A stretch of DNA of 64,000 bases, taken from positions 640,001 through 704,000 of the forward strand of contig OZ241996.1 in assembly GCA_965204535.1 (NCBI GenBank). Direction: 5' to 3'. The position numbers were made by a program, and so were the translations under genes. Shown here in pieces: positions 49,945 to 59,397 of this stretch. The stretch comes from a bacterium (GTDB lineage Bacteria > UBA8248). Under the pieces are notes generated by a model. That model was not told where the DNA came from, did not search any database, and worked only from the letters and a program-made list of their open reading frames with translations. Each line of letters opens with the position of its first letter. Position 1 is the stretch's first letter.

Positions 49945-50428
49945 AATGCCGACCGGGGAGGGAGGGATTGCCGGAATCCAGAGCCGATGAGGAAGGCAGC
50001 AGCGCCGGACAACCATAAAAACAACAAGACAAAAACGATAAAGCCAAAATCAAATTCCCTGGATTCCGGCGTGCGCCGGAATGACGGCGGGGGCAAACCC
50101 GCCGGAGAGGAAAAGCGGGTTCATCGGATGGCTCTGCGCAGGGCGCGATGGTTCCGTAGGGACAGGCCCCCGTGCCTGTCCGTGGCCCTCGCGCCTTTCC
50201 TGTATCGGGGTGAATACGACCGGCGGGCGGCCACAGGGTCAGACATATATGTCTGACCCCTGCGGCCTCCATTCGAGGGGCGCGCAGGACTTTTTCAACA
50301 ACCTCGAGAACGGATGCGTTTGAGGCCGCCTCCAAACTTTACGCGGGCTCAAGCCATCGGCTATGATAGTGGGAGTTGAAACCTTCATCGTCGAGTTTTC
50401 GCCAGTGAGCTTGAAAGGATAATCCCGG

Positions 50429-50650
50429 ATGAATCAACTGACGAACAATGGGGTGAAATACAACCTCGAAACCCGCGATCATGACCTGTACGGGTTCGGC
50501 GTGGACGTCTATATGCTCGATCAGGAGGGCGTCCAGCCCAAAGAACCCATCGCGTTCATTCCCGGAAAAGACGAGAACGCCGCGACCATTCTGACGCAGC
50601 AATGGCTCAAAATCGCTTTTCCGGCGGAGTTGCCGAAAGGCAAGAAATAA
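50429..50650 (+). CDS. small hypothetical protein
   Basis: 73 aa, RBS AAGGA, host-like codon usage. Confidence 0.65.
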   Translation: MNQLTNNGVKYNLETRDHDLYGFGVDVYMLDQEGVQPKEPIAFIPGKDENAATILTQQWLKIAFPAELPKGKK

Positions 50651-50718
50651 TAGCGGCGCCGCGCGGCAGGGAATCCGCTCGGGCAGCCTTTTCCCTGCTG
50701 TCCAACCGGGGGGACGCC

Positions 50719-51120
50719 TTGGAGTCGCCTCAAACCATCCAGACAGACCAGGCGCCGTCGCCCACCGGGCCCTTCGTGCAGGCGCGCCGCGTGGGGAACC
50801 TGTTGTTCATCGCCGGCCAGCGCGGCATCGACCCCGATTCGGGGGAACTCGTCGAGCGAACCATCGAGGCGCGCGCCAGAAGAACTTTCGAGAACCTGAA
50901 AGCCATTGCGGAGGCGGGCGGCGGGTCGCTCGCCACGTTCGTTTCCACCGTCGTCTACGTGAGGGACATGGATGCCGACCGCCCGGTCATCAACCGGCTG
51001 TATGAGGAATACTTCGGGCCGAACCTGCCCACGCGCACCATCGTGGAGGTGAGCAGGCTGAACCAGGACGACATCGTGGAAATCGAGGCGGTGGTGATGA
51101 TCCCCGGCGCGGAGACCTAG
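50719..51120 (+). CDS. RidA/YjgF family protein
   Basis: APSPTGPFVQA, IAGQ, PTRTIVEVSRL, VEIEA; TTG start inferred. Confidence 0.9.
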   Translation: MESPQTIQTDQAPSPTGPFVQARRVGNLLFIAGQRGIDPDSGELVERTIEARARRTFENLKAIAEAGGGSLATFVSTVVYVRDMDADRPVINRLYEEYFGPNLPTRTIVEVSRLNQDDIVEIEAVVMIPGAET

Positions 51121-52709
51121 CGCGCGGGCGCCGCGGGCGCAGGAAGCGGCTCCCACCATTTCTCGACGCCCAGATCCTCAGCGATCACGCCGGCGGCGTT
51201 GTAGCCGGGCGCCCCGTTCAGACCGCCCCCCTGGCAACTCGAACTGCACAGATAGAACCCCTCCAGAGGCGTCCGCATGCCGGAGAGCAGGGGATGGGGC
51301 CTGTTGACCCCCAGCTGTTCGGGAATGTAGGCCCCCATGCGCACGCCGCCGCGGATCATGTTCTTGTTCCCGCGCTCCACGTCGAGCGGGGTGTAGAGCT
51401 TCGCCGCGCGGACGTTGTCCGGCGTGAGGTTCGGAGCGTAGCCCCGCCACACGTCCACGAGGCGTTCGGTGTATTCCTCTTTGATTTCATCCCACTTCCG
51501 GGGGCCGCCGTCCTTGAGTTCATAGGGCGCGCCCGGCCACCAGAAGGCGACGTGGCCGCCTGGGGGCGCATAGGAGGGGTCGTGCTGGCTGTTGCATGAA
51601 CCGTTGCCCATGGGGCGCGACGGGATGAGGCCGTTTCTGCGCTCTTCGGTGTTTTCGGCCATCTCCTCGCCGGAATCCGCGCCGAAGATGATGTTGTAGG
51701 CCCGGCCCACGTCCGGGTCGAAGTTCTCTGCGGTATATCGCGGGGGTTCGGCCAGGGCGAGATGCAGCGTACTCAGGGAATGGAAGCCCCAGTCCCAGTT
51801 CCGCACCTTTTCGTTGACCTCATCGGGAAACGCGTCTTCTCCCGCCATTTTGATGGAAGCCGGCGCGTTGAGGCTTGAGGCGACGAATTGCGTCGCCGTC
51901 ATCTTCTCTCCGCCTTCGAGCATCACGCCCGTCGCGCGGCCGTTCTCCCGTATCACCTCGCGCACGTGGCTGCTTCTCAGGACGACGCCTCCGTTGTTGA
52001 TGACGATGCGCTCGAGCGCCAGGGGCAGTTGGATGGCGCCCCCCACCGGGAGGCCGAGCGTCGTGTGGGTGGAGAACAGGCTCGGCAGGAAGATACCCGT
52101 CCCCGGCGCGTTCTCCACCGTAATGGCGTGAGAGAACAAGAAGAACAAGGCCCGCATTTTGGGATGCTCGAAATGCGATTCGATGGCCTCGAAAATCGAC
52201 ATTTTCGCAAAACTCAGAATCTCGCGTCCCGCGTCGCCCTCCATCCGGGAGACGATTTCCTCCGGCGGGAGCGGCGGGTGAAAGAGGAAACTGCGCATGA
52301 GCGGGGCGAGTTCCACGGCGAATCGCCGGTGGAGGTAGACGTAAGATTCGGCGTCTTTTTGAGAGAATCGTGAGATGGACGCGGCGCTTTTTTCCGCGTC
52401 GCGGTGCAGCAGAACCGCCGTGCCGTCACGATACAGTGCGGCGTGCTGCACGTCGGGCGTGAGCCACTTGAACCCGTGTTTGTCGAGTTCCAGGTCCTTG
52501 ACGATTGGAAAATCGTCCAGACCGATGAAGAAATTCGCGTGCATGTTCGATTGGTAGCCGGGCAGCAGGAATTCCTGGGTGCTCGAGCCGCCGCCGATTT
52601 CGGGTTCGCTGTCCAGAACGGCGACTTTCAGCCCCGCCCGGGCGAGATACGCCGCGCACACCAGGCCGTTATGCCCCGCACCGATCACGATTCCGTCGAA
52701 TTGCGCCAT
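51117..52709 (-). CDS. phytoene desaturase-like FAD oxidoreductase (PYROXD2 type)
   Basis: GAGHNGL, IGGG, YAPN, TPLD.E, GAPGYNAA. Confidence 0.88.
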   Translation of the reverse strand: MAQFDGIVIGAGHNGLVCAAYLARAGLKVAVLDSEPEIGGGSSTQEFLLPGYQSNMHANFFIGLDDFPIVKDLELDKHGFKWLTPDVQHAALYRDGTAVLLHRDAEKSAASISRFSQKDAESYVYLHRRFAVELAPLMRSFLFHPPLPPEEIVSRMEGDAGREILSFAKMSIFEAIESHFEHPKMRALFFLFSHAITVENAPGTGIFLPSLFSTHTTLGLPVGGAIQLPLALERIVINNGGVVLRSSHVREVIRENGRATGVMLEGGEKMTATQFVASSLNAPASIKMAGEDAFPDEVNEKVRNWDWGFHSLSTLHLALAEPPRYTAENFDPDVGRAYNIIFGADSGEEMAENTEERRNGLIPSRPMGNGSCNSQHDPSYAPPGGHVAFWWPGAPYELKDGGPRKWDEIKEEYTERLVDVWRGYAPNLTPDNVRAAKLYTPLDVERGNKNMIRGGVRMGAYIPEQLGVNRPHPLLSGMRTPLEGFYLCSSSCQGGGLNGAPGYNAAGVIAEDLGVEKWWEPLPAPAAPAR

Positions 52710-52829
52710 CGGATTCTCTCCTCAAGATAGTGGATGCAGAATCCCCAGCTTATCGAATCGGGGATGAAAGGGCAAAAAGGCGGACGAAGAACACCCCGCC
52801 GCAGGGGACCGCTGAAAGCGCCCTGATGA

Positions 52830-53660
52830 GGGGTTGTTGAAAAGTCCTCTTTGCCAGGGGATAAAGGACAGCCCCTCCTCGGGGCTGTCCTGCCCCCCCT
52901 ACCCCCCTTGTCAGACTTGTTTGCTATCCAGCAGAGAGGATTCACTCCCCCCCTTGGGGCTGTTGAAAAAGCCCTGATGAACGCGGGTTTTGCGCGACCG
53001 AGGAGGGGCGGTTTTGTAGGGGCCGCATACATGCGGCCCTTGTCTTGTAGTGGGCAAAAAAAAATCAGGGTCGCATATATGCGACCCCTACATACAAACA
53101 AATTTTCCTCTCGGGGGTTTTTCAACAACCTCCCCTTGAGGGGGCTGTTGAAAAAGTCCCTGCACACCCCTCGAATGGCGACTGTAGGGGCGGCCCCCCG
53201 TGGCCGCCCGTCGGTCGTATTCATCCAGATACAGCAAGGGCACGGGGGCCTCGGACAGGCACGGGGGCCTGTCCCTACGGTGAACAATTCGATGATCGGG
53301 ATTTCTTCCCCACCGGAGGGTTTTTCAACAGACCCCTCAAGGGGGGAGTGAATCCTCTCTGCTGAATTGCAAACAAGTTTGAAGGGGGGAGTGAATGTAA
53401 AATTCTCCTCGGTGGAGGGAGCAACCCCCCCTACCCCCCCTGACAAGGGGGGGTAGGGGGGGTTGGTTTTGGGGCGAGGTATCCGTAGGGACAGGTCGCG
53501 ACCTCGGACAGGCACAGGGGCCTGTCCCTACAGAAACCACGTAAATCGCAACGACCCGCAGGGGCGGCTTTCCATCGTCATTCCGGGGTTCGGCGGTACA
53601 TAGAAGGGTCGTCATCCGCATATATGTCGGACATATATGACCGCGCAGGAATGACGGCGG
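52830..53660. repeat. nested mosaic of MITE-like ends and several palindromic repeat families
   Basis: GGYTGTTGA ends near 52832, 52958 and 53143; GTAG-type palindromes; CCCCCCTACCCCCC units; long IR at about 52912-52957 and 53336-53380. Confidence 0.88.
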
Positions 53661-54125
53661 TGGTCGATTCCGACCGAAACGGCTTTTCTGGAGTCCGATA
53701 ATTGCTATTATCAGAAAATATAACATCTCTCACGGCCATGTCAAGCGCAATTCCGGGGTCCCCGAAGGGGTTTCGGAGGCCGTTTTGCGTCTTTTTTCGC
53801 TTATATTTCGCTTATTTGCGGCCCGAATGCGCCCCGAATCGGGTTTTTCGGCGGAAAACGGGGTTTCTGGGGGCCGTTAATAGCAATTAGCGGTCACCAG
53901 GCCGGGAAAGGTGGACGCATACCGCAGGAATCCGCCTCTCGCGGAAAGACTCACCACCGGCCCGGAGCATGAAAGGGTTCAAGTCCGCCGCGTTTCAGGC
54001 GGCTCGAGATACGAATCAGTTTGTGAAGGCCCGAAATGAAAGCTGACGAAAGGAGGTTAATCGGAGAAAGCCGGAAATTCACTGAAGATCCCTTTTTCTA
54101 CTGTGTATTCAGGAGGACTCACTAA

Positions 54126-56831
54126 ATGATGTTCAAAGAGAAATCGATAAACAAGTTCTACGCTTTCGCGCTGGCGGCGCTGTTCGCGCTGACGCTGGCC
54201 GGCTGCGGCGGTGGCGGCGGCGGCAGTGCTGCTGCGCCGGACCCTGACCCGCCAGCGATGCCGACAGCTTATGAGGTGGCGGTTGATGCAATCGCGGCGG
54301 CCGAGACGGCGGAAGCCGCACAGGCGGCGGTCGCCACGGCGGTGGCCGCCGGCATCACAGGCGCGCAGCTCCAGGACCTGAACACGAAGGTCGCCGCGCG
54401 CGTGGCGGCCCTGGCCATGATGGCTCGGGTCGATGCGCAGAAAATGGCGATGATGGCCGCGGCCGGCAATGTCGACACGTCCGACCTGTCGGACGCGGAT
54501 GCCATCGCCGCCGCGAAAACCGCCATCGCCGCGCTCAAGGCGGCGATCGCCGCCGCGGCCGACGTCGACGACACGTCGATGTACGACGCGCAGGTGACAG
54601 CCGCCGAGACAGCCGTGGCGGCCGCGCAGAGCGCTCTCGACCATGCGGCCCAGACGATGGCGCTCACGAGTGCCGTCGAGGCCCTCCAGGCAATCGACCT
54701 GACCGACCTGTCGACGCAGGAGAAGATCGACGCCGCCCAGGGCGCCATCGACGCGCTTCAGACGGCGCTGGATGACGCGACGGAGCTGAGCGCCGCCGAG
54801 AAGACCGAGGCCATGACCGAACTGGGGACCGCCGATCGGACCGTGATGACCGCGCAGGGCAGGTACGACACCGCAGCCCAGAAGAAGGCGCTCGCCGATG
54901 CCGTTGCCGCCCTTGCCGCTCTCAACCTCGACAACCTGATGACGCAGGCGCAGATCGACGCGGCCGTGGCAGCCATCACCGGGGTTGATCTGGCTCTGGA
55001 GTCGGCGACCAATCTGACCGACGCCGAGAAGCTCGACGCCACCGTCGACGTGACGGTGGCCCAGCGGAAGGTGGACCGTGCGGAGACGGCTCTCGCCGAG
55101 AATGTCGGCCGGCAGCGCACGGCGCTGACGGAAGCCGGCACGGCCCTTGCCGACATCGACCTCGACGATCTGGACACGCAGGAAAAGATCGACGCGGCCG
55201 ATGCTGCCGTTGACGCGCTCAAGACGGCGCTGGCTGCGGCGACCCACCTGAGCGATTCCGAAAAGGCCACGTACCAGACCCAACTGGAGGCGGCCACGGA
55301 GACCGTGGGGGTGGCGCAGACCGGCATGGACCGCGACGGTCGCATGACGGCCCAGCGTACGGCGATCACGAGTGCCGTCACGATGGCCCGCACTGCGGTC
55401 GCGGGTGTGAGCGACGACTCGACCGATAGCGAGGTTGCTGCTGCGGACGCGGCGGTTGCCGCTCTCAAGAAGGCGATCGACGATGCGGTAGACCTTCCCG
55501 ACGGTGATACCGACGTTGCCAGCGCCAAGGGAACGCTCGCCACGCTCGAGCCGCAGCTGGCCGCTGCCAAGACGTCCCGCACGGCGGCGATGGCCGCTAA
55601 GCAAAAGGACGCGGACGCGGCCAATGCGAAACTCGGCAAGGATCTGCACGCGGCGCTGGGAGGGCCCGAAGCGGGTGGTAACGCGCTGGCCAACATTGAC
55701 GCTACCGCACTTGCCCTTTCGGCGGCAGGCCTCGTGATTGATGCCCCTGCAGGCGCGGGGAGTCTCGGAGCCACCGTTGACCCTGCTTCCGCAACACTCA
55801 AGGCCGGCGACCCCGCCGGAGCGTTGGGCGGCTGGTCGGGCATGGACTTTGCCCTTACCTCGGGTACTGGCACCTCGAGGGTCACCAACGAAGCCAGGGT
55901 CTACACGAACCAGGGTCCCGCAGACACGGAACCGTTCAGCGAGGCACATACTCTTATAGCGGCAGGCAGTCCAAATGCTGGTTCGTTGGAAGTAACCACC
56001 GCCAACATCGGTCTAGTCAGGGCAGATGCCTTCACGCACTCGGGAGAGCAAAATCACCCTGTACCCTCCAGGAGTACTGCAGTATTCGTCCGTGGAACGT
56101 ATGACGGTGCGCCAGGAGAATACAGTTGCCCATCCAGTTGCTCATCGACGAATGATGGTAGTGGCGCCCCGAGCGAGTTGGGCGGAACCTGGCATTTCAA
56201 GCCCGACGCGGGCGCGATGGTGTCCCGGCCCGATGCCCACTACCTGTACTTCGGCTGGTGGGTGAGCAAGGACAGTGACGGCAAGCCGACGGCGGCGAGT
56301 GCGTTCGCGAGTAGAGTTGGTACCGACCCCGGTAATAGCACTGATGGTCTCGACAATGCCGGAGACCTGACCGCAATAACCGGCTCGGCGACCTATGCCG
56401 GAAACGCCGTTGGAAAGTTCGCCATGGACAATCCGCTTGATGGCACGGGCAACGGCGGCCACTTCACGGCGGACGCCGAACTGACCGCCACGTTCAGTGG
56501 CACTAACCCCGGCGTGACCGGCACGATTGACAACTTCCGGCTGAACGACGGGTCCGAGGATCCGGGCTGGAGCGTGTCACTGGCCCGCGGTGCCTTGGGC
56601 ACTGCAGACGGATCAATCACGGCTCCTACGAATGACCCCACTGTCTGGTCGATCAACGGCAACAAGGCGCCGGCGTCCGGCACGTGGAGCGGCACCATGT
56701 ACGACGAAATGCCCGGAAACGCCCCGGACGGAGACGGCAGCAACATCCCGACCACGGTGACCGGAACCTTCTATTCCGAGTTCAGCACCATCGGCCGCAT
56801 GGTCGGTGCGTTCGGCGCGGAGAAGCAGTAG
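54126..56831 (+). CDS. large surface lipoprotein: Ala-rich helical repeats plus C-terminal TbpB-like beta domain
   Basis: RBS AGGAGG; lipobox LAGC then poly-Gly; repeated IDLxDLxTQEKIDAA; C-terminal YLYFGWW, SATYAG.A.G, FTADAEL.A.F, G.MVGAFGA. Confidence 0.85.
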   Translation: MMFKEKSINKFYAFALAALFALTLAGCGGGGGGSAAAPDPDPPAMPTAYEVAVDAIAAAETAEAAQAAVATAVAAGITGAQLQDLNTKVAARVAALAMMARVDAQKMAMMAAAGNVDTSDLSDADAIAAAKTAIAALKAAIAAAADVDDTSMYDAQVTAAETAVAAAQSALDHAAQTMALTSAVEALQAIDLTDLSTQEKIDAAQGAIDALQTALDDATELSAAEKTEAMTELGTADRTVMTAQGRYDTAAQKKALADAVAALAALNLDNLMTQAQIDAAVAAITGVDLALESATNLTDAEKLDATVDVTVAQRKVDRAETALAENVGRQRTALTEAGTALADIDLDDLDTQEKIDAADAAVDALKTALAAATHLSDSEKATYQTQLEAATETVGVAQTGMDRDGRMTAQRTAITSAVTMARTAVAGVSDDSTDSEVAAADAAVAALKKAIDDAVDLPDGDTDVASAKGTLATLEPQLAAAKTSRTAAMAAKQKDADAANAKLGKDLHAALGGPEAGGNALANIDATALALSAAGLVIDAPAGAGSLGATVDPASATLKAGDPAGALGGWSGMDFALTSGTGTSRVTNEARVYTNQGPADTEPFSEAHTLIAAGSPNAGSLEVTTANIGLVRADAFTHSGEQNHPVPSRSTAVFVRGTYDGAPGEYSCPSSCSSTNDGSGAPSELGGTWHFKPDAGAMVSRPDAHYLYFGWWVSKDSDGKPTAASAFASRVGTDPGNSTDGLDNAGDLTAITGSATYAGNAVGKFAMDNPLDGTGNGGHFTADAELTATFSGTNPGVTGTIDNFRLNDGSEDPGWSVSLARGALGTADGSITAPTNDPTVWSINGNKAPASGTWSGTMYDEMPGNAPDGDGSNIPTTVTGTFYSEFSTIGRMVGAFGAEKQ

Positions 56832-56899
56832 CAGCGAAGAGCAATGACGCCTTTCGCCTCGGGGCTTCACGGCCCCGGGGCCCAAGGCGATATGAGGAG

Positions 56900-57127
56900 A
56901 GCGAAAAGGGGGTTGCCCGTTGGTTGCTTCTCTCGTGAGAGCAAATTGTACCGCTCCCTGCTGTGAGTTTGAGTCCTCGAGCCGGGAACGGGAACAACGG
57001 GCGGCCCCTGTTTTCGCTTCATGCAGAAAGGCCGGCGCCCCGCTCGGCCGGGCCCCGGACCTCAGGGATTGTGTCGCGGCAACTCCCGCCTTCCGCCGGC
57101 CCTTCGCGGGGTGTCGGCCTTTTTTTC
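56900..57127 (+). other. two long GU-containing stem-closed structures ending in a U-tract (candidate structured 3' UTR or ncRNA plus terminator)
   Basis: 56900-56922 pairs with 56995-57018; 57027-57043 pairs with 57106-57122; followed by a T run. Confidence 0.5.
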
Positions 57128-57129
57128 TT

Positions 57130-58920
57130 GAAAGGACAGCCCCTCCTCATCAGGGGATAAAAACAACCCCCCCTACCCCCCCTTGTCAGGGGGGTAAAAA
57201 CAAAAACCCCCCTGAAGCAGTGGGTGTACGATGGTTTTGTAGGTCGGACATATATGTCCGACATATATGCGACCCTGGTTTTTTCCCATTCCAACAATGG
57301 GCCGCATATATGCGGCCCCTACAACAACCGTCCCCTCCCTAATCGCGTGAGACCCTCTTTCATCGGAGCTTTTTCATACCCCCCTGTCAAGGGGGGGTAG
57401 GGGGGGTTATTCCCTCCACCAGGGAGAATCCTAAATTCACTCCCCCTTTCAGACTTGTTTGCTATTCAGCAGAGAGGATTCACTCCCCCCTTGAGGGGTT
57501 GTCCCCTCCTGCCGAAGTGAAAGAATCAACTCCCCCCTTGAGGGTCTGGCTTCCCGAGGGGAAAGCCAGACGAGGAAGCCGAACCGACAGGTGAAGGCTG
57601 ACTCGGTGGGGGGAGTTTTTGTCTGTGGCATGTCCCCCCACCACATCGGCCTTCGCATAAACCGCTCGGCCTCTGTCTGGCTTCCCGAGGGGAAAGCCCG
57701 ACCCCCTCAAGGGGGGAGTGAATATAAAATTCTTCTCGGTGGAATAAGACCCCCCCGACAAGGGGTTGTTGAAAAACCCTGCAATGACGGCAACGAGATT
57801 CCGGCCTGCCGAAGGGAGTGTAGGGGCCGCATATATGCGGCCCGGCGTTGGAAGGCAAAAAGGCCGGGTCGCATGTATGCGACCCCTACACACAAACAAA
57901 TTTTCCCTCGGCGAGGGGCTTTTTCAACAGACCCCGACAAGGGGGGTTACTGCCTTGCCGAAGGGAGTGTAGGTCGGACATATATATCCGACCTACACTC
58001 CGCCTCGTTCTTTCCGAGCAATCGGGCGGACACGTCGGTCCCGGACAACCACGGGGGGTTGTCCCTACGCCCCCGCGGACCCGTAGGGACAGGCCCCCGT
58101 GCCTGTCCGTGGCCCTCGCGCCTTTCCTGTATCGGGGTGAATACGACCGACGGGCGGCCACGGGGGGCCGCCCCTACAACTGCGGCGCGTAATCGCTGTA
58201 GGGACAGGTCGCGACCTGTCCCTACGGGGTGTCGCTTCCCCGGTCGGTTCGATTGCCCTCTCACTTGTTGAAAGGCAACCCCCCCTACCCCCCCTTGACA
58301 GGGGGGTAAGAAAGACCTCTCCCCCGACAAAAAAGGATCAACTCCCCCCTTGAGGGGGGAGTGAACATCAAAGGCGCGCGCTCAACCAAAATCGCTCCAC
58401 GGGGCTGTTGAAGAACCCCTATCCGCCTCATCCTGAGTAGCGGCCCCTCGACTTCGCTCGGGACAGGCTCCGCCGTTGCCCGACACCCCTCATCCTGAGT
58501 AGGCGCGTAAGCGCCGTATCAAAGGTCAAATGCGATTGATGAATGAGCGTTTGCTCTCGCCCAGCGCGAGGCGTTCGACTCCCCTCGCCCTTCGATACAA
58601 ACGCTCCTTTCTCAGTCGCGTCTGACCTTCGGCGGCTACTCAGGGTGAGGAATGAGGCGTTGGCGGTTTGCGGGGGTTACAGACGGGGCCTTTTCATACC
58701 CCCCTGTCAAGGGGGGGTAGGGGGGGTTGGTTTTCCCGTAGGGGCGGCCCCCCGTGGCCGCCCGCATCGAAGATATCCATTCCCGTGGTTGTCCTTCGTC
58801 AGGACAGGCACGGGGGCCTCGGACAGGCACGGGGGCCTCGGACAGGCACGGGGGCCTGTCCCTACTACGGATGCGATTCGGTTTTGTTCGTCATTCCGTC
58901 TTTCGCCGGAATGACGGGTG
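57130..58920. repeat. 1.8-kb mosaic field of palindromic repeats
   Basis: all repeat families of the window recur here; 19-bp GGACAGGCACGGGGGCCTC tandem x3 at about 58802-58857. Confidence 0.9.
57764..57932. mobile_element. 169-bp MITE-like element with perfect 10-bp target duplication
   Basis: CCCGACAAGG at 57754-57763 and 57933-57942; ends GGTTGTTGAAAAA and TTTTTCAACAGAC; contains a GTAG palindrome doublet. Confidence 0.8.
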
Positions 58921-59397
58921 TTGTGATCTCTCCGGAAGGGTGTCGTAGGGGAGGCTTTCAGGCCGGGAGCGCATTTGCCCGCATTTGGCGTTACCGGGCA
59001 TGCGTCCGCGCGGGGCAGGATGGGGCGCGCGAATCGGGAGGAGTTCCGTATGGATATGGGCCGGATGTATCTGGAAAGAGGAAAGCGAACGGGCCCGGCG
59101 TTTTCCGCGCGAGGGGCATTCCTGAAAAATGCGAGAAATATCGATAAATTAACGGGGTTTTCCCGTAAATTTCCGACTATGCAAATGGTTGTAATCAAAG
59201 GGGTTGTCATATGAATCTGAGCGTCCCGCACTCAGATATGGCGCAAAAAAAAAGTTTTCCGGCGCCCCCGCATTTGCCCGCAACTGCCCGCGTTTCCCCG
59301 CGCGGCGAACCCGTCCGCCCGGGCCGCCCGGCCCCGAATCGGGGCGGTTCGGCACCCCGCGGGAGCGGGCGTCCGGTTCATACGGGCGAGGCGAAGA

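Larger units (their letters stand above)
48756..50303. mobile_element. non-autonomous element carrying a gene and REP-like repeats
   Basis: ends GGTTGTTGAGAAA and TTTTTCAACAACC; flanks TCAAGAACGG and TCGAGAACGG (9/10); no transposase inside. Confidence 0.7.

Noticed and set aside
51117-52709. HpnE or CrtI partner for the hpnCD fusion
   Set aside because: It lies 10 kb away, and its motifs (GAGHNGL, GAPGYNAA) fit the PYROXD2-like subgroup.
56900-57018. SRP (4.5S) RNA or 6S RNA
   Set aside because: The SRP domain IV motif (CAGG..CGGAAG..AGCAG) is absent on both strands, and the size and architecture do not fit 6S.
54126-58920. Diversity-generating retroelement acting on the lipoprotein
   Set aside because: No reverse transcriptase and no template/variable repeat pair visible in the window.
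7124-59231. ORFs inside the repeat mosaics (recurring VGTGPRACP, VGAAYMRP, MDSGFRRND peptides)
   Set aside because: The peptide similarity derives from the DNA repeats and appears in several frames and both strands.
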